64,000 nt of DNA. It comes from Hormiphora californensis. Lineage: Eukaryota; Animalia; Ctenophora. A program made the translations under genes and the position numbers. Shown in pieces: positions 29,302 through 60,965 of this stretch. The DNA is taken from contig CM035357.1 in assembly GCA_020137815.1 (NCBI GenBank), positions 2,542,001 through 2,606,000 of the forward strand, written 5' to 3'. Position 1 is the stretch's first letter; the number at the start of each line of letters is the position of its first letter. Under the pieces are notes generated by a model. That model saw only the letters and a program-made list of their open reading frames with translations, did not search any database and was not told the origin of the DNA.

Positions 29302-30678
29302 ATGAGAGTAAATAGGGAAGTTTGGAATGTTGGAGTTTCCAGTATCCTCCTTCTCCTCCTCAATGCAGCATGGATTGCCGCTATGGATCTCACCAATGCA
29401 TCCCTTGCTGACAGTGACACTGACTTTAGTAGTAAACTTGGTTACTACTGTTCCAGCGTCCTATGTTTTGTCTCCATTGTTGGATCATTTATTGCTCCGA
29501 TCTTCCAGCGATTCGGTTATAGAGCTGTGATAACCGTCTCCACCCTCCTTCATCTTCCCTTTTTCATCGCCATGATCTCGCTGAACAGTGCAGCTGAGAT
29601 CCTGATAGGAGCAGCGATAACTGGAACAGGAGACGGAGTGACGTGGGTGGTTCTGTTTGACTACGTTGTCTCAACTTCAAAACGTGTCAATATCGAGCGG
29701 AACATGAGTTACTTTATCTTCATTTATAACTTCGCTACCCTCGGTGGAAATCTTGTTAATTTCTTCAGTCTCGATGACGCCACCAAGATCACTGCAAAGA
29801 CACGTATTCACAGTTATGGTGCTTGTTGTGCTGCTGCTATTCTGGCTGCCTTTTTGGGACTTGTTGCACTTCGGTCCATTCCACCTGAGATTCTCCAGGA
29901 AAAGAGAGAAGAAGAGGGAGATCGTGTGGAGCAGAGCATTCAAAGAGATGATGGTGCTGACTCTGACAGGGACAGGTTGTTGGAAGGGGAAGCTAGTATA
30001 GTTGAGAGTAGGTGGACTAGGATGACCCGGTTCCTCCAACATCCAGCAACCGTTGCTCAGATAATCACGAGTATCATCTCTGGTATTGGTGATGCGTGGG
30101 TGGTTATAGTCATGAACTGCATTAGAACGACCTACACCGACAGGCAGTTGATCCCTATCTTTGGGGTGATATTTGGTTGTTGTAAGATCATCCTAACTGG
30201 ATCTTGGGATACTCTTAGTAAGTACACGGGATACAGATCAATGATCTATGTCACAACCATCATCTCTCTCGCCTGGATTGCATTTATCTTCTTTATCTTC
30301 CCTCCCGAGTCCATTCACAACAGTGTCGCTGGGAGTTCTGCCATTGTCCCGGTAGGATCGTGGGGTATTTACCTACTGGGAATTATCACGGGGTTCTCTA
30401 GGACCTGGATGGACATTTTAAAGCAGATCAGCTGTGGAAAATGTAGTCGAGCACCTGATGTTATGGAGGGTTTTGAACCTAGTGTCATGTTTGCCTTGAA
30501 GACAATCGTTTGGAGTAGCAGTAGTGCGGCCACCTATGCTTTGACACCGTGGCTCCAGTTTCATTGGCTGATCGGTGTTACCGTTCTGCTCCTTGTTGCC
30601 AACCATTTCCTGTTTACCCACGTGTTAGTGAGGTATTTTACTGAATCTACTACTCCTAGGTCGATCAGGGAAGACTGA
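29302..30678 (+). CDS. Intronless UNC-93-like / MFSD11-like major facilitator superfamily membrane protein, 458 aa
   Basis: Open ORF with ~12 hydrophobic segments in a 6+6 layout and a charged central loop; motifs LGYY..SV..F, FIAP, GAAITGTGDGVTWV, ERNMSYF, GNL. Confidence 0.82.
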   Translation: MRVNREVWNVGVSSILLLLLNAAWIAAMDLTNASLADSDTDFSSKLGYYCSSVLCFVSIVGSFIAPIFQRFGYRAVITVSTLLHLPFFIAMISLNSAAEILIGAAITGTGDGVTWVVLFDYVVSTSKRVNIERNMSYFIFIYNFATLGGNLVNFFSLDDATKITAKTRIHSYGACCAAAILAAFLGLVALRSIPPEILQEKREEEGDRVEQSIQRDDGADSDRDRLLEGEASIVESRWTRMTRFLQHPATVAQIITSIISGIGDAWVVIVMNCIRTTYTDRQLIPIFGVIFGCCKIILTGSWDTLSKYTGYRSMIYVTTIISLAWIAFIFFIFPPESIHNSVAGSSAIVPVGSWGIYLLGIITGFSRTWMDILKQISCGKCSRAPDVMEGFEPSVMFALKTIVWSSSSAATYALTPWLQFHWLIGVTVLLLVANHFLFTHVLVRYFTESTTPRSIRED

Positions 30679-30870
30679 TGTTGGAACTTTGTAAAAAGGA
30701 TTTTGTTTTTTGTGAAATAATTTAATTTCTGATGATAATGATAATATGTCAAAACTAGTATTTTTCTGTAAAAAGGGATTTGATAGATTCTGTAAGTTAA
30801 GTCTTCAATAAATACAATGAAATAATAAATCCTTATAAAACAAAACTCCAATGTCTCATTAGTTTCGGAC

Positions 30871-44855
<13,985 letters not shown>

Positions 44856-45114
44856 ACACACGGGGCATGCTGGAAGATGAAGGGGCCACTTGCACTGTCC
44901 ACTGTCCAGGGTTGTTATGAGGAGACACAATATCGAATTTTGGAATTTTACCATTTTATTTATCTTTTTTAATCAACCTCTAACAACAGTAGTTTTATTA
45001 TTCATTCGTTCCCAACAATTCTTTTGATAAAGTTTAGGAGTTAAGAAGACGCGTGTGCCCCTTCCCAACCCAGAACATTCCATACCCATTAACCCCAGCT
45101 CCTCCCGAAGCAAT

Positions 45115-45238
45115 ATGTTTGAAGTTATATTCGTGTTGGGACCCCCGGGCGCAGGCAAGGGAACACGTGCATCTGTCTGCGGGGGAGTTGCTACGCAACG
45201 AGATACGAGATAAGGGACCCGATGGGGAGCTTATTGAG
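45115..45238 (+). pseudogene. UMP-CMP/adenylate kinase first-exon fragment with an internal frameshifting deletion
   Basis: MFEVIFVLGPPGAGKGT is fused out of frame to VHLSAGELLRNEIRDKGPDGELIE|gt. The usual intervening ~12 codons are missing and no later exons were found. Confidence 0.75.
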
Positions 45239-45477
45239 GTAATTATCAGAGAAACAATTTTAGGGGGGGGCGTCTCCTTTTTTAGTTTTATTTCTGATGG
45301 ATACAAATGAACTCATATTGATCATTGATTTTGATTATTCACTATTCAGTAACTTATTTATGATCCATCTATTAACTCACCCCCCCCCCTTTTAGGCGAC
45401 TGTGCAATTTATGTTGTTCTACGATTGTGATCTCTATTGTTTTGTTCCAACCCAGGGTCTAGCTAGGCAAGATCTGT

Positions 45478-45556
45478 ACTGGTGATACGGGCCAGCTTGG
45501 TCTGGGGGACGATGTCCTAACGAGGAAGAAACCCGCCGTCGTGAGCAAAGGTAAGG
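45478..45556 (+). pseudogene. Ectopic partial copy of RCC1 exon 2 with its donor
   Basis: actggtgatacgggccagcttggtctgggggacgatgtcctaacg..gtgagcaaaggtaagg matches ~31342-31420 with a few substitutions. Confidence 0.9.
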
Positions 45557-46829
45557 ACGGTACTCTAGCTTGTTATGTTCTAACCCTCCCTTTACATTTG
45601 TAAAGGAAGGTGTTTAGGGGGCGGGGTGCCCGAAACACAGTCTAGCCAGACAAACTCTCACACGATTTATTCACTGATATCTAGGTTATTTAAATCCTCG
45701 GACACACATCCCGGCGTGCTACTGGAGGGGATTTTATGGTTGGTGGCCGGTGGGCAAAGGGATTGGTGGGGATCAGAGTGGGTGGATACTGCATCATGCG
45801 AATTTGTGGGTGGCGTGTTCCTGCTGATTCTGTGGTTTTTTTATGTGTTCTACGTCTTATAATCAGTCAGCACGTGTACCGGAGTACAGGGAATCAATTT
45901 TTAGAACCGGCGAGAATGTCCTAATTGGGTCTAATTTGTTAGTGTGCATGTGGTTACAGTTATAAATCCAAAATCGTAAATCCTCTTTTTAGATGTATGA
46001 CTAAGCACACACACACACACACACACACACACTCTCTCTCTACTGGTGTAAAGTAAGGACGGCCCGGAAGGGGGCGTTTGGAAAGGGACGTTCTTGGGGT
46101 GGTTTCGTGACACGTATGGGGCGTACCCGTCAGCTGGAGCGTAAAGGCGAAAGTAAACACGTTTGTCTTTTATCTTGTGAATGTAAGTAACGGTAAAGGA
46201 TTGTTACGTTCAGTTGACTAAGAGACACACGCTTTGAAGTTGCTTCGCTCCGACAAAAGAAACTCACTCTCAAAACATCAATCGCTCTTCTCTCTCAGAT
46301 CTCAAAAACGCGCGCGCGTGTCACCAAAGCGACACACACCGCGCGCGAAGATGCTGTGCTTTAAATGAACTCAGCGTCAAAACAAGCACCTTCGCGTAGG
46401 ACACAGACACAAACACACATTCTCACACACGCACAACACAAACACACAGGGCTGCCCAGTTCTGCACCATTCCTCATCAGGAACAAAAAGCCCGTTGCCA
46501 CCGACTCCTTTGAGCCGGTGACACGGGGTCCTCGACAGAATAGCCCAGAACTGTACCATGAGCACGGGACGTGAAAATAAACGAATATCGAGAAAGAGTA
46601 ACACATGACTACTACAAGATACACTCTACAGGAGTTACGTTAACGGTAAAAATAATTCATTAAAATGTGTAGAATAATAAATCGGACCATAGCATACCCG
46701 GGTATAAATTAAGATCTTAAAAGCTTCACATTTTGTGAATACAAACATGTTCATGGTCAGTAATACACTGTATAAAATATTACAATTTGTTTCTTTTTCT
46801 GTTTTCTCTTTCTCAGAGAAATTCTCGCT

Positions 46830-48900
46830 TTAAACAATGATTTCACGATGAAGGTAAGGAAGAAAGGTCTCTGAAGTTCCAATTAAAAGGGGGCATTGCT
46901 GTTCACGTTGCACCATGTTGGCCGATACCGTCCACCCCAGGAACACGATGTCAAAGGATGGCGCACAGGTTGATGGAAAATTGATGATGAATCTGGATCG
47001 GACACCGGTCGGTTTCACTCTTCTCAAGCGAGTTTCCAGGGGGTAATCAACCTTCAGCGACAGCCGGTTCCTGACAAAACCATTGATCTCAACCAATAGA
47101 TCACGGCTTCTCTTCACCTCCTTATCATGTCTCAAGGAAGCAAAATATCGCATGTTCCCACTTCACATGAACTGTTCACCGGTATCGCAGATTGGTAGCT
47201 GCCATGTATCGTTAGGTAGCACATTTACCCTTGTCATCAGGTTTCAGTTTGTTTCTGGGTCATCAAAACATATCAACAGATAGAGGTCAGTTTGTATGGT
47301 TGCTGTTGTCGAGAACTCTCAACTTGGTTGGGGATTATAAAAATAAATCCAAAAGGATTTTAACGGGTTGTCGAGTACACACTCAACTTAGTTGTTAAAA
47401 TAAAATCGAAATCCAAGAGGATTTGTGGGTTGTCGAGTACACTCAACTTGGTTGGGTTATAAAATAAATCCAAAAGGATTTTACGGGTTGTCGAGTACAC
47501 TCAACTTAGTGTTAAAAATAAAATCGAAATCCAGAGGATTTGATGGGTTTGTCGAGTACACTCAACTTGGTTGGGGTTATAAAAATAAATCCAAAAGGAT
47601 TTTAACGGTTTGTCGAGTATTCTCAACTTATTAGTGTAAACACTGTTTAAATTGTAGAGGGAGATCAGAAGATCTTAACTTCCGGAACAGATGAGCCTCA
47701 ATGTGGAGTCGAAGATGTTCAGGCATAGCAGCAGTCAGTGTTGGGGATGGCGAAATCTCGTGCACTGAGTAGGAACACACCTTCATATTCGACCACATGA
47801 CAACTAACCCCTGAATCGGTCAGTGGTTTGACTGAGCTCGAAGCCTGATTCTCCGGTCATTTCCTCCTGTAACTACTGGCGGAGAGGTTTGGTCTGGAGA
47901 AGGTGTTTTCCGCTGTCTCATGGTCATCTTCGGGTTGCTCTGGTGTTGGAGAAGATGTTTCCGCTGTATCATGGTCATCTTCGGGTTGCTCTGGTGATGG
48001 AGAAGATGTTTCCGCTATCTTTTGATCAGCTTCGGGTTTCTCTGGTGTTGGCACATTTCAACTGAAGTTTCGTTACAATCCGGGTGATCTGCATTTGCAT
48101 GCTGAACTAGAACTGGCATCATTGGTGGGTTTGATTCGGTTTCCTTCAGTTTCTCCGAATTTTTACACTCTACCGTTTTGCCGTTGCGTGCAAATAACTT
48201 CAACTTTCCCACACCAATAACCTTGTCTCCTACGCTCATCTTCACTCTGAGAGGTAGGGGCTGAGCACTTGGCTCACTGGAAAAGGTCCACTGAATCTAG
48301 CCCAAATTTATGTACTGGGCACGGGATTTTTACCAAACTTGATCTCCAATGCAAGCTCCGGGTCATTTAGTCTCTTGTTGAATTGCTTTTTGGCCGCTAT
48401 TAGGTCTTCATCCACGTTCTGCCTGATTTTGTAACTCAAGTTACAGATTTCTCGGTAGCGGTTGTAACGGACGCTGGAATGCCCATCTGTGGAGTCTTAT
48501 CCTTTTATCCTGGGTCGGCGAAGATGTAACGCCATCACTGTTTGGTTCTGTGCCAAATACAATCCTGTGTGCCGTGAAGCCTGTTCTTCTGGATCTGGTG
48601 TGTTTAGCTTGAAACCACACTTGTTCAAGATGCAAGTCCCAATCTTTAGGTTGGATTCAAACAGGGTTGCTCTGAGGATTCGATCAATCTTTTTGTTGCT
48701 ATTTTCAGCACGTCCAGTACTGCGGGCTGAATAAGCTTGGCCGTGTTGAACTTTTACGTTCAGTTTTTCGAAGAAATCTTTGAATTCTTTGCCATTGGTT
48801 CTGATGTTGATCACATATTTTCTCTCGGCCAACCGAATTTCCAGATCCAATGAGCGAGAATTTTCTCACGGCTCGCAAACGGATCCGTTGGGTCTCGGAG
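46830..48900 (-). mobile_element. Degraded LTR retrotransposon (Gypsy-like) integrase and downstream ORF remnants
   Basis: IRTNGKEF..FFEKLNVKVQHGQAYSARSTGRAENSNKKIDRIL resembles the rve core (DNG.EF..PY.P..NG.AER.N). Frameshifted continuation includes 45-bp PEQPEDDH repeats at ~47900-48015. Confidence 0.7.
47306..47630. repeat. ~57-60-bp tandem repeat with alternating variants, within the retroelement remnant
   Basis: About 5.5 copies of ttgtcgagtacactcaactt..aaaataaa..tccaaaaggattt. Confidence 0.85.
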
Positions 48901-51461
48901 GCACGCAACTAGAAAAGTTGAATAAACGTCGTAAAATTTGTTAGGTTTTGAAAAAATTTTTTGATTTGGGGGTTGGGGGGGCCCCCGTTTTTTGTTTTTT
49001 CATTTTTTTGATTTTTTCCCTTTAAACCTTTTTTAAAATCTTTTTTTTCCGAGCGGGTAAGACATGGAATCGCAAAACTTAATATTTTTTGGTTAGATTA
49101 ATAAATCTGTTTGGAAAATGGCGGTTATGGGGAATAAAACGCTCACCATATATAAATCAAAGTCAGCTGTGTATGCCAGAGTTATTCACCAAAGCACGTA
49201 TGATGCTATAAACAAAACTTTTTAATGACTTACTGATACGTTGATTTTCCAAAGCACATGGCCTATGTTCCACTCAGTGAGATGGTTTATTTTATGTTTA
49301 GAGTAGATAAAATTGAGGGTAAGAAAAAAGTTTGCTATGCTTAAAAACAGTTCAAGGTATAATATATGCACCCCAAGGGATGGGCCGAAAAGGTAGAAGA
49401 AGGGAGGAGACTGCGAGAGGGGTTGGAATAAAGATCATTGTTTGTTACATTATCTGAAGTTTACTGTATATTGGTTAAAACAAACATTAGGGTTGTATTT
49501 GTTCCGAAAGCTAACACATTAGCCAGGAGTTGCGAATTGGAGCGATGTGTGGGTTGGGGCTAGAATACAGTTAAACCCTGGCGCAAGATTGGAAGTAATT
49601 GTGCGCCGAAAACTCTCGCCTTGATAGAGGGTTTGAGTGATTGCACTGGAGAGCGGGGGGGGGGTTGTCACAGGTTGTCGCGGGGCCTGCTTCCTGGGTA
49701 ATAATGTCCAAAATCCCAATGGACCCTCCCATCTTAGATAGGGTGCCATGGTAGTACTCGCTGTAGTGCGAGCTTTCGTAAACTTTTGACCCGATACTAC
49801 ATGGTTATCTCCGGCCATTCTTTATTAACAGTGAAGTGACTGAAGTGTGGCCCACACCCTATAAGATAACTGGTGATGTTGCACCATATTGAAACTTGAG
49901 GTCACATTATATAATATGATGTAACCATGCTAAGTCAATTTTCATGGTTCTAGTCTGTATTCGCTCGAGAGTGAGATCATGTAGTGAGCTCCCTTGTAGA
50001 GCTCCCTTAAAAGGGCATTATAAAGTGGTGGCAGATGTTACCTTTCAGCTTTCTTGAATGTGGTGTGAAATGTCTCTCTTAATCCCTTTAACAAACCCCT
50101 TATAAAGTCGGGAGAGATTCATCTATATGTTTCTTATTTCTTCTCCTCCCTCTCAAAATATCTCGGCATGCTTTCCCAAACTTGCATTGGTGGTACCCCT
50201 CGTTGCCCTGGGGGCCCCTGTATCTATAGCGTCCTGATGCTATACATAGGCATTGTTGTTCTAAATGTTACGGTCTATTCCCTCGCACGGGCCAATCAGA
50301 TCCCTTTACTGAGTCTCACGTGATCGGATGAAGTCACGTGACCACGCACCAGATGGTATATAACAGTGTTAGCGAAGAGAAGGAAAGTGCCCCCTTTTTC
50401 CGCGTTGTAATAGTAGTTTGAACATTGTTAGTTGTTACACACACGCCCTCCCCTGCATACACTACTTTAACGTGCGAAGCGTGCCAGTACAATTTGATAT
50501 AGGAAGTGCTGGAAATTGGTTAATTTTCACTGTAAAGAAGTTCTCAACATGAGTTCCATATTGTGTTTTTTAAAGAAATTCTAGGCGGCAGTGAATCACT
50601 CATGCCAGTGATACTTGTTGAGTAAGGGGTGACCTTACAGAGCAACTTACAAAAAATACTGGTAATTTTGTCGCGTGACTATCGTCTATCACGGGTACTT
50701 TTTGGAGTCAACAAAGTGATACTGAAAGCTCAAAAGTTTCTCATTTTTCTGCAGTTTCTCTTGCAACTTGATTCCCAAGATTCTGATGTATTTCCACAGA
50801 ACTTTAACCAAGATAAGCAAATTAATTTAATGAAATATAGATTAATCGTTCTCCGAAATTACTGATAACAGTGCAAACATGCAAGCTGTGTCTTTGTGCA
50901 TAATGTCCGTCAGCTGATAGTACTGTGAGCTTGCAGGCCGCAGGGGTATTTCTCATTTTGGGGGTATTCGTGGTGTATAAAGGAATAGTATGGCAGTTGT
51001 ACTATCAAAATGCTTTTAAATACTTACAAAATTCACCTTACCTCGTTTGAAGGCAATGACAGATATTCTCGATTATATATTCTCATATCCTCGGATAAAA
51101 GCAATTTTGTAGGAATTCAGTTCGCTGTTTGACCAGATGGTCGACCCAAAATTCCCCACTTGAAAACAGGTAGTAAGCTTTAGGTTTATTAGAGTAGACA
51201 TAAACGCCGAGGGCCGAAGGGGTGCGGGGCCGGGAACGGAACGCCGCGGCAGCCGTGCGCCGAGCGGAGGCCAGCCTGCGACTAGAGCGAGGGAGAGGAC
51301 GCGCGCGCGCGAAGAAGAGTGCGCGCGGAGCGCAAGGCGGACGCGCGCGAGATGGGCTTTTCTTCTCTTCCTCCCTCCGCCTCCTCTCCTCTTCCTAGCC
51401 GCGTTTTCTCTAACCCCTCTAAGAGCCTCTCTCCTCTCACTCATTCACACACACACACACA

Positions 51462-51502
<41 letters not shown>

Positions 51503-52101
51503 ACTCTCTCTCTCTTTCTCCCTCCCTCTCTCCCTCTTCGCACGCTAAGCTACATAATGAAACACTCAGAATTGTACGGTGGGCTTTGTTTGATGTTTCT
51601 CTGCTTGGTAGCATACCCCTACCCCCCAACCCCCCGATGAACAATTGCCCCCCATGCCAGTGAGTAGTTGCCTTGTTCGACCCTAAAAAGGGTTTGAACA
51701 AAACAAGTGAGTAGCGGGGTTAACTGAGCGACGTCTCATATTTCCTGTTCAGTGAGACACTGTTCACCCTGCTATTGTGCTCTCATTCCCTCCTCCTCTA
51801 TGTGTATATCAAGTTTCATCGTTTGAGCTCCATCGCTATAATGTAGTTGCACAGGCTGGTTTGGTAGCTCTGTTGTGTAGTTAACCAGTTATGAAAAGTT
51901 AGTTAGTTCCTAGTTAGCACTTAGCCTTAGTTAGTTCCTAGTTAGTCAGTTAGTTCCTAGAGCTCTCAACCATCCTTCCTAACCTCTTCAGATTGAATCA
52001 CTTCTCCCTCTCTCTTCATTTTTTTTAGTTCTTAGATATTATATTTTGTTAATTTTGTCTAATTGATTCAGTAAATTAACCTCATTTTGTATCCAGCCAA
52101 C

Positions 52102-58053
<5,952 letters not shown>

Positions 58054-59269
58054 TATGGTTAGACACATTTGAGCTGATCAACATTTGAATAGCTAGTGTA
58101 ATTTGGTTGCTTTATGGGTCGTTTCATGCCATTGCATGTAGCTTACATATATACCAACAAATCAACGGGAATAGCTAACTTGTTTTACATATATCAAAAC
58201 ACGAGTTAAGTTGAGTTACTAACCCAGTTTTATCTTTCAGCAACGCCCCAAGCTGTTCGATATACGGAGGTGGATGCTGACATTTAAAGAGAGTTCACAG
58301 TGACAAGAAAGTGCAGCGATAGGAATTTTTAAAGACTGAATGAAGCAGTGATTTAGTAGTGCACTTGGCTGTTTTTTCTAATTATCAAAATATGTAATAA
58401 ACTGATCCAGATTTGGTCTACATAGCCAATTTTTAGGAGTCATAATTCATGTGACATGTTTTGTAGGTTTCAGAACCAGTTGAAAATTGTTAGAAACGTG
58501 TTGTATGAGTCTAAAAAAGTTCAAAATATTCACATTTTGTCAAATTGCCAATTTGTTAAAAAATGTGGCGCGCAAAAAGAAAACGCGCTTATAAAAGTAG
58601 GGAGCCGCGCGCAAATTATTATTTTAAAAAATGAAAGCGCGCGCGCTCGTTCAAAAAATTTCGCGTTTCGATTTCAAAAACAGAAAATCCGAAATCGCCA
58701 AAAAGGCACCGGTGCTTGAATGTGCTGAGTGCTCCGCAGTCATTCTCAATACACGGTTTTAGAAAAAGGTCGATAGTCATCCGACATCTGCCGTTAGTCC
58801 TCCGCCGTCGGTCGTCCAGGGGCTTGTACTGTTGACCCTTAATATTTATTGTTTATTTGAGTGAGTGATTTTAAGATTTATTTATTACTAACCCCAACAC
58901 CGGGGGCAAATGATCGAACCCAATGTGAATGAGACTCATCGCGATTAACTCTTCATACGGTTACCACCTTTCTCTCTTCGGCAGCTTCTCTTCGGCTGTT
59001 GGAAAGTGATGCCAATCGGTGTTGGGGTTAGTGCATTACGAAAAAAAAGAGTTGACCCTTGGTATCTCTAGCTGCTCGCTGTCTAACTCGTTGTTGTCTC
59101 ATGGAACTCTCTTACCGCTTGCACCCCCCTTGATGTGACACTGCTATGGAATCGAAAACCTCTTTATTTATCGCCATTGTTTCTGTCAAAACAAAATTAT
59201 TGTTTCTGTGGTTATTTCATTCCCGAGCGGCATAAAAACATTTATCAATTCTTGGAATCCCTTTTCCTA

Positions 59270-60022
59270 TGAGAACTACATCTATAATGGCCCCGGTGGT
59301 GAGTCAATATCACCTAGCAATACGGTGAGGGATCTAGGAGTCCTCCTTTCTTCAGACTGTACATGGACTGAACACATCGGTAATATCACTGCCAAGGCCC
59401 GTCGCATGAGTGGATGGGCGCTCAGTGTATTTAGAGATAGGTCAGACGAGACCATGCTAACGTTGCTGAAATCAATCATTAGACCCCAGGTAGAGTACTG
59501 CTGTCCACTGTGGAGTCCTACTAAAAAGTCAGACATTGGATTAGTTGAGGAAACCCAGAGATACTTTACCCGTAGGATTAAAAGCTGTTCTGGTATGGGT
59601 TACTGGGACAGATTAAAGCATCTGAATTTACTGTCTCTTCAACGACGACGTGAGCGATATATGATTATCCACGTCTGGAAAGTTCTCCATAAGGTTGCAC
59701 CTAACAGTACTGGGCTATTGTTCAATGAGCACCCCGTCTTGGTATTAGGGCAGTGATTCCCCGTTATAATTACCTCGCAGCCAAAACCATCTCTGGACCA
59801 TATGATGCATCTTTCGGTGTAAGAGGAGCCCAGATTTGGAACTCCTTGCCCCGTGCAGTGAGAGGATCTATCTCACTTCTCGAGCTGAAGCAGTCCCTTG
59901 GATCCTACTTATCCACTATCCCTGATCAGCCACCTGTTCGCGGTTATCGTGTGGAGCATAGTAACTCCCTTTTCGATTGGAGGAATGACCCAAGTGTTTT
60001 TAGAGAGATGAGCGATTCATGA
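59270..60022 (+). mobile_element. 5'-truncated CR1/L2-clade LINE, 3' end of ORF2
   Basis: VRDLGVLLS..W.EHI..IIRPQVEYCCPLWSP..YWDRLKHLNLLSLQRRRER..SF.VRGAQIWNSLP..PDQP..GY..NSL; one frameshift near 59750. Confidence 0.9.
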
Positions 60023-60865
60023 AGTTATTTTGCTTTTAATCGTGACTTGACTGCACATATAAATCGCTGACGTATTGTCTTCTGAGTGTTAGCTTTTGCT
60101 GAGCTGAAACTTTGTGTACCTAACTTAATCTATTTTTATGAATGTTTATGAATGTTTATGAAACTTACTAGTATATGATACTTAACTGGTTTATCAATGA
60201 GACATTGCTTATCGGAAGACATGTCACACCACTTTCCGTCTGCTTGCATTAGTGAATTATCGTTAGCAAAACCTTTTCTCGGGGGTTGATATTGTATACA
60301 GTATAGATTTAATATATCTGGGGTATTCTTCCTCTCAGCATGCTTAACAGATGAGTTGGCTGACAACACTCACCGCTCTCACCCTGCTACTCCTAAAATC
60401 ACTCGCATCCGACTACAAGATCTACTGGTCGGGTAGACACGTCCATGGACAGTAAGTATACTTTCGAAGTTTCGGTAGTTGAGATCCTGTAAATTGTCTG
60501 CTGTAGTACTGTTTGTAGTACTGTTTGTTCCATCTTGTTTGAACCAGGACCCTCATTGTTTCGTTTTGCTACCGCTTTTCTTCACCAGGGAAATGAACGT
60601 GCTATATGGAAGCGCCGTTGAATTCCGATGCCATAATCACACTGTGCAGAATCTCTACGAAGTTTCCAAAGAGGAATATGAAAAGTAAGTGGATGTTTAG
60701 AACTGAGAGACGGGTAGTTAATTATACACCTCTCTCTCTCATCTTCTGAATGAATTGTCGTGTGTGTATTTGTTGTTCATGTGAGAGCAACTTTTCACTC
60801 GTTTAATTAATTTCGCACAACTGTATCTATCTTAACCCCTTCTCCCTCAGGTTGCAAAGAATAAT

Positions 60866-60965
60866 NNNNNNNNNNNNNNNNNNNNNNNNNNNNNNNNNNN
60901 NNNNNNNNNNNNNNNNNNNNNNNNNNNNNNNNNNNNNNNNNNNNNNNNNNNNNNNNNNNNNNNNN
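60866..60965. other. Assembly gap (100 N); the following ~2.7 kb is low-quality, homopolymer-rich sequence
   Basis: N run followed by inflated A/G/T/C runs with no coherent coding signal. Confidence 0.95.

Noticed and set aside
49519-49818. Short ORF; similar weak signals at ~23300-23530 and ~60130-60690
   Set aside because: Only faint resemblance to decayed LINE fragments, not enough to call.
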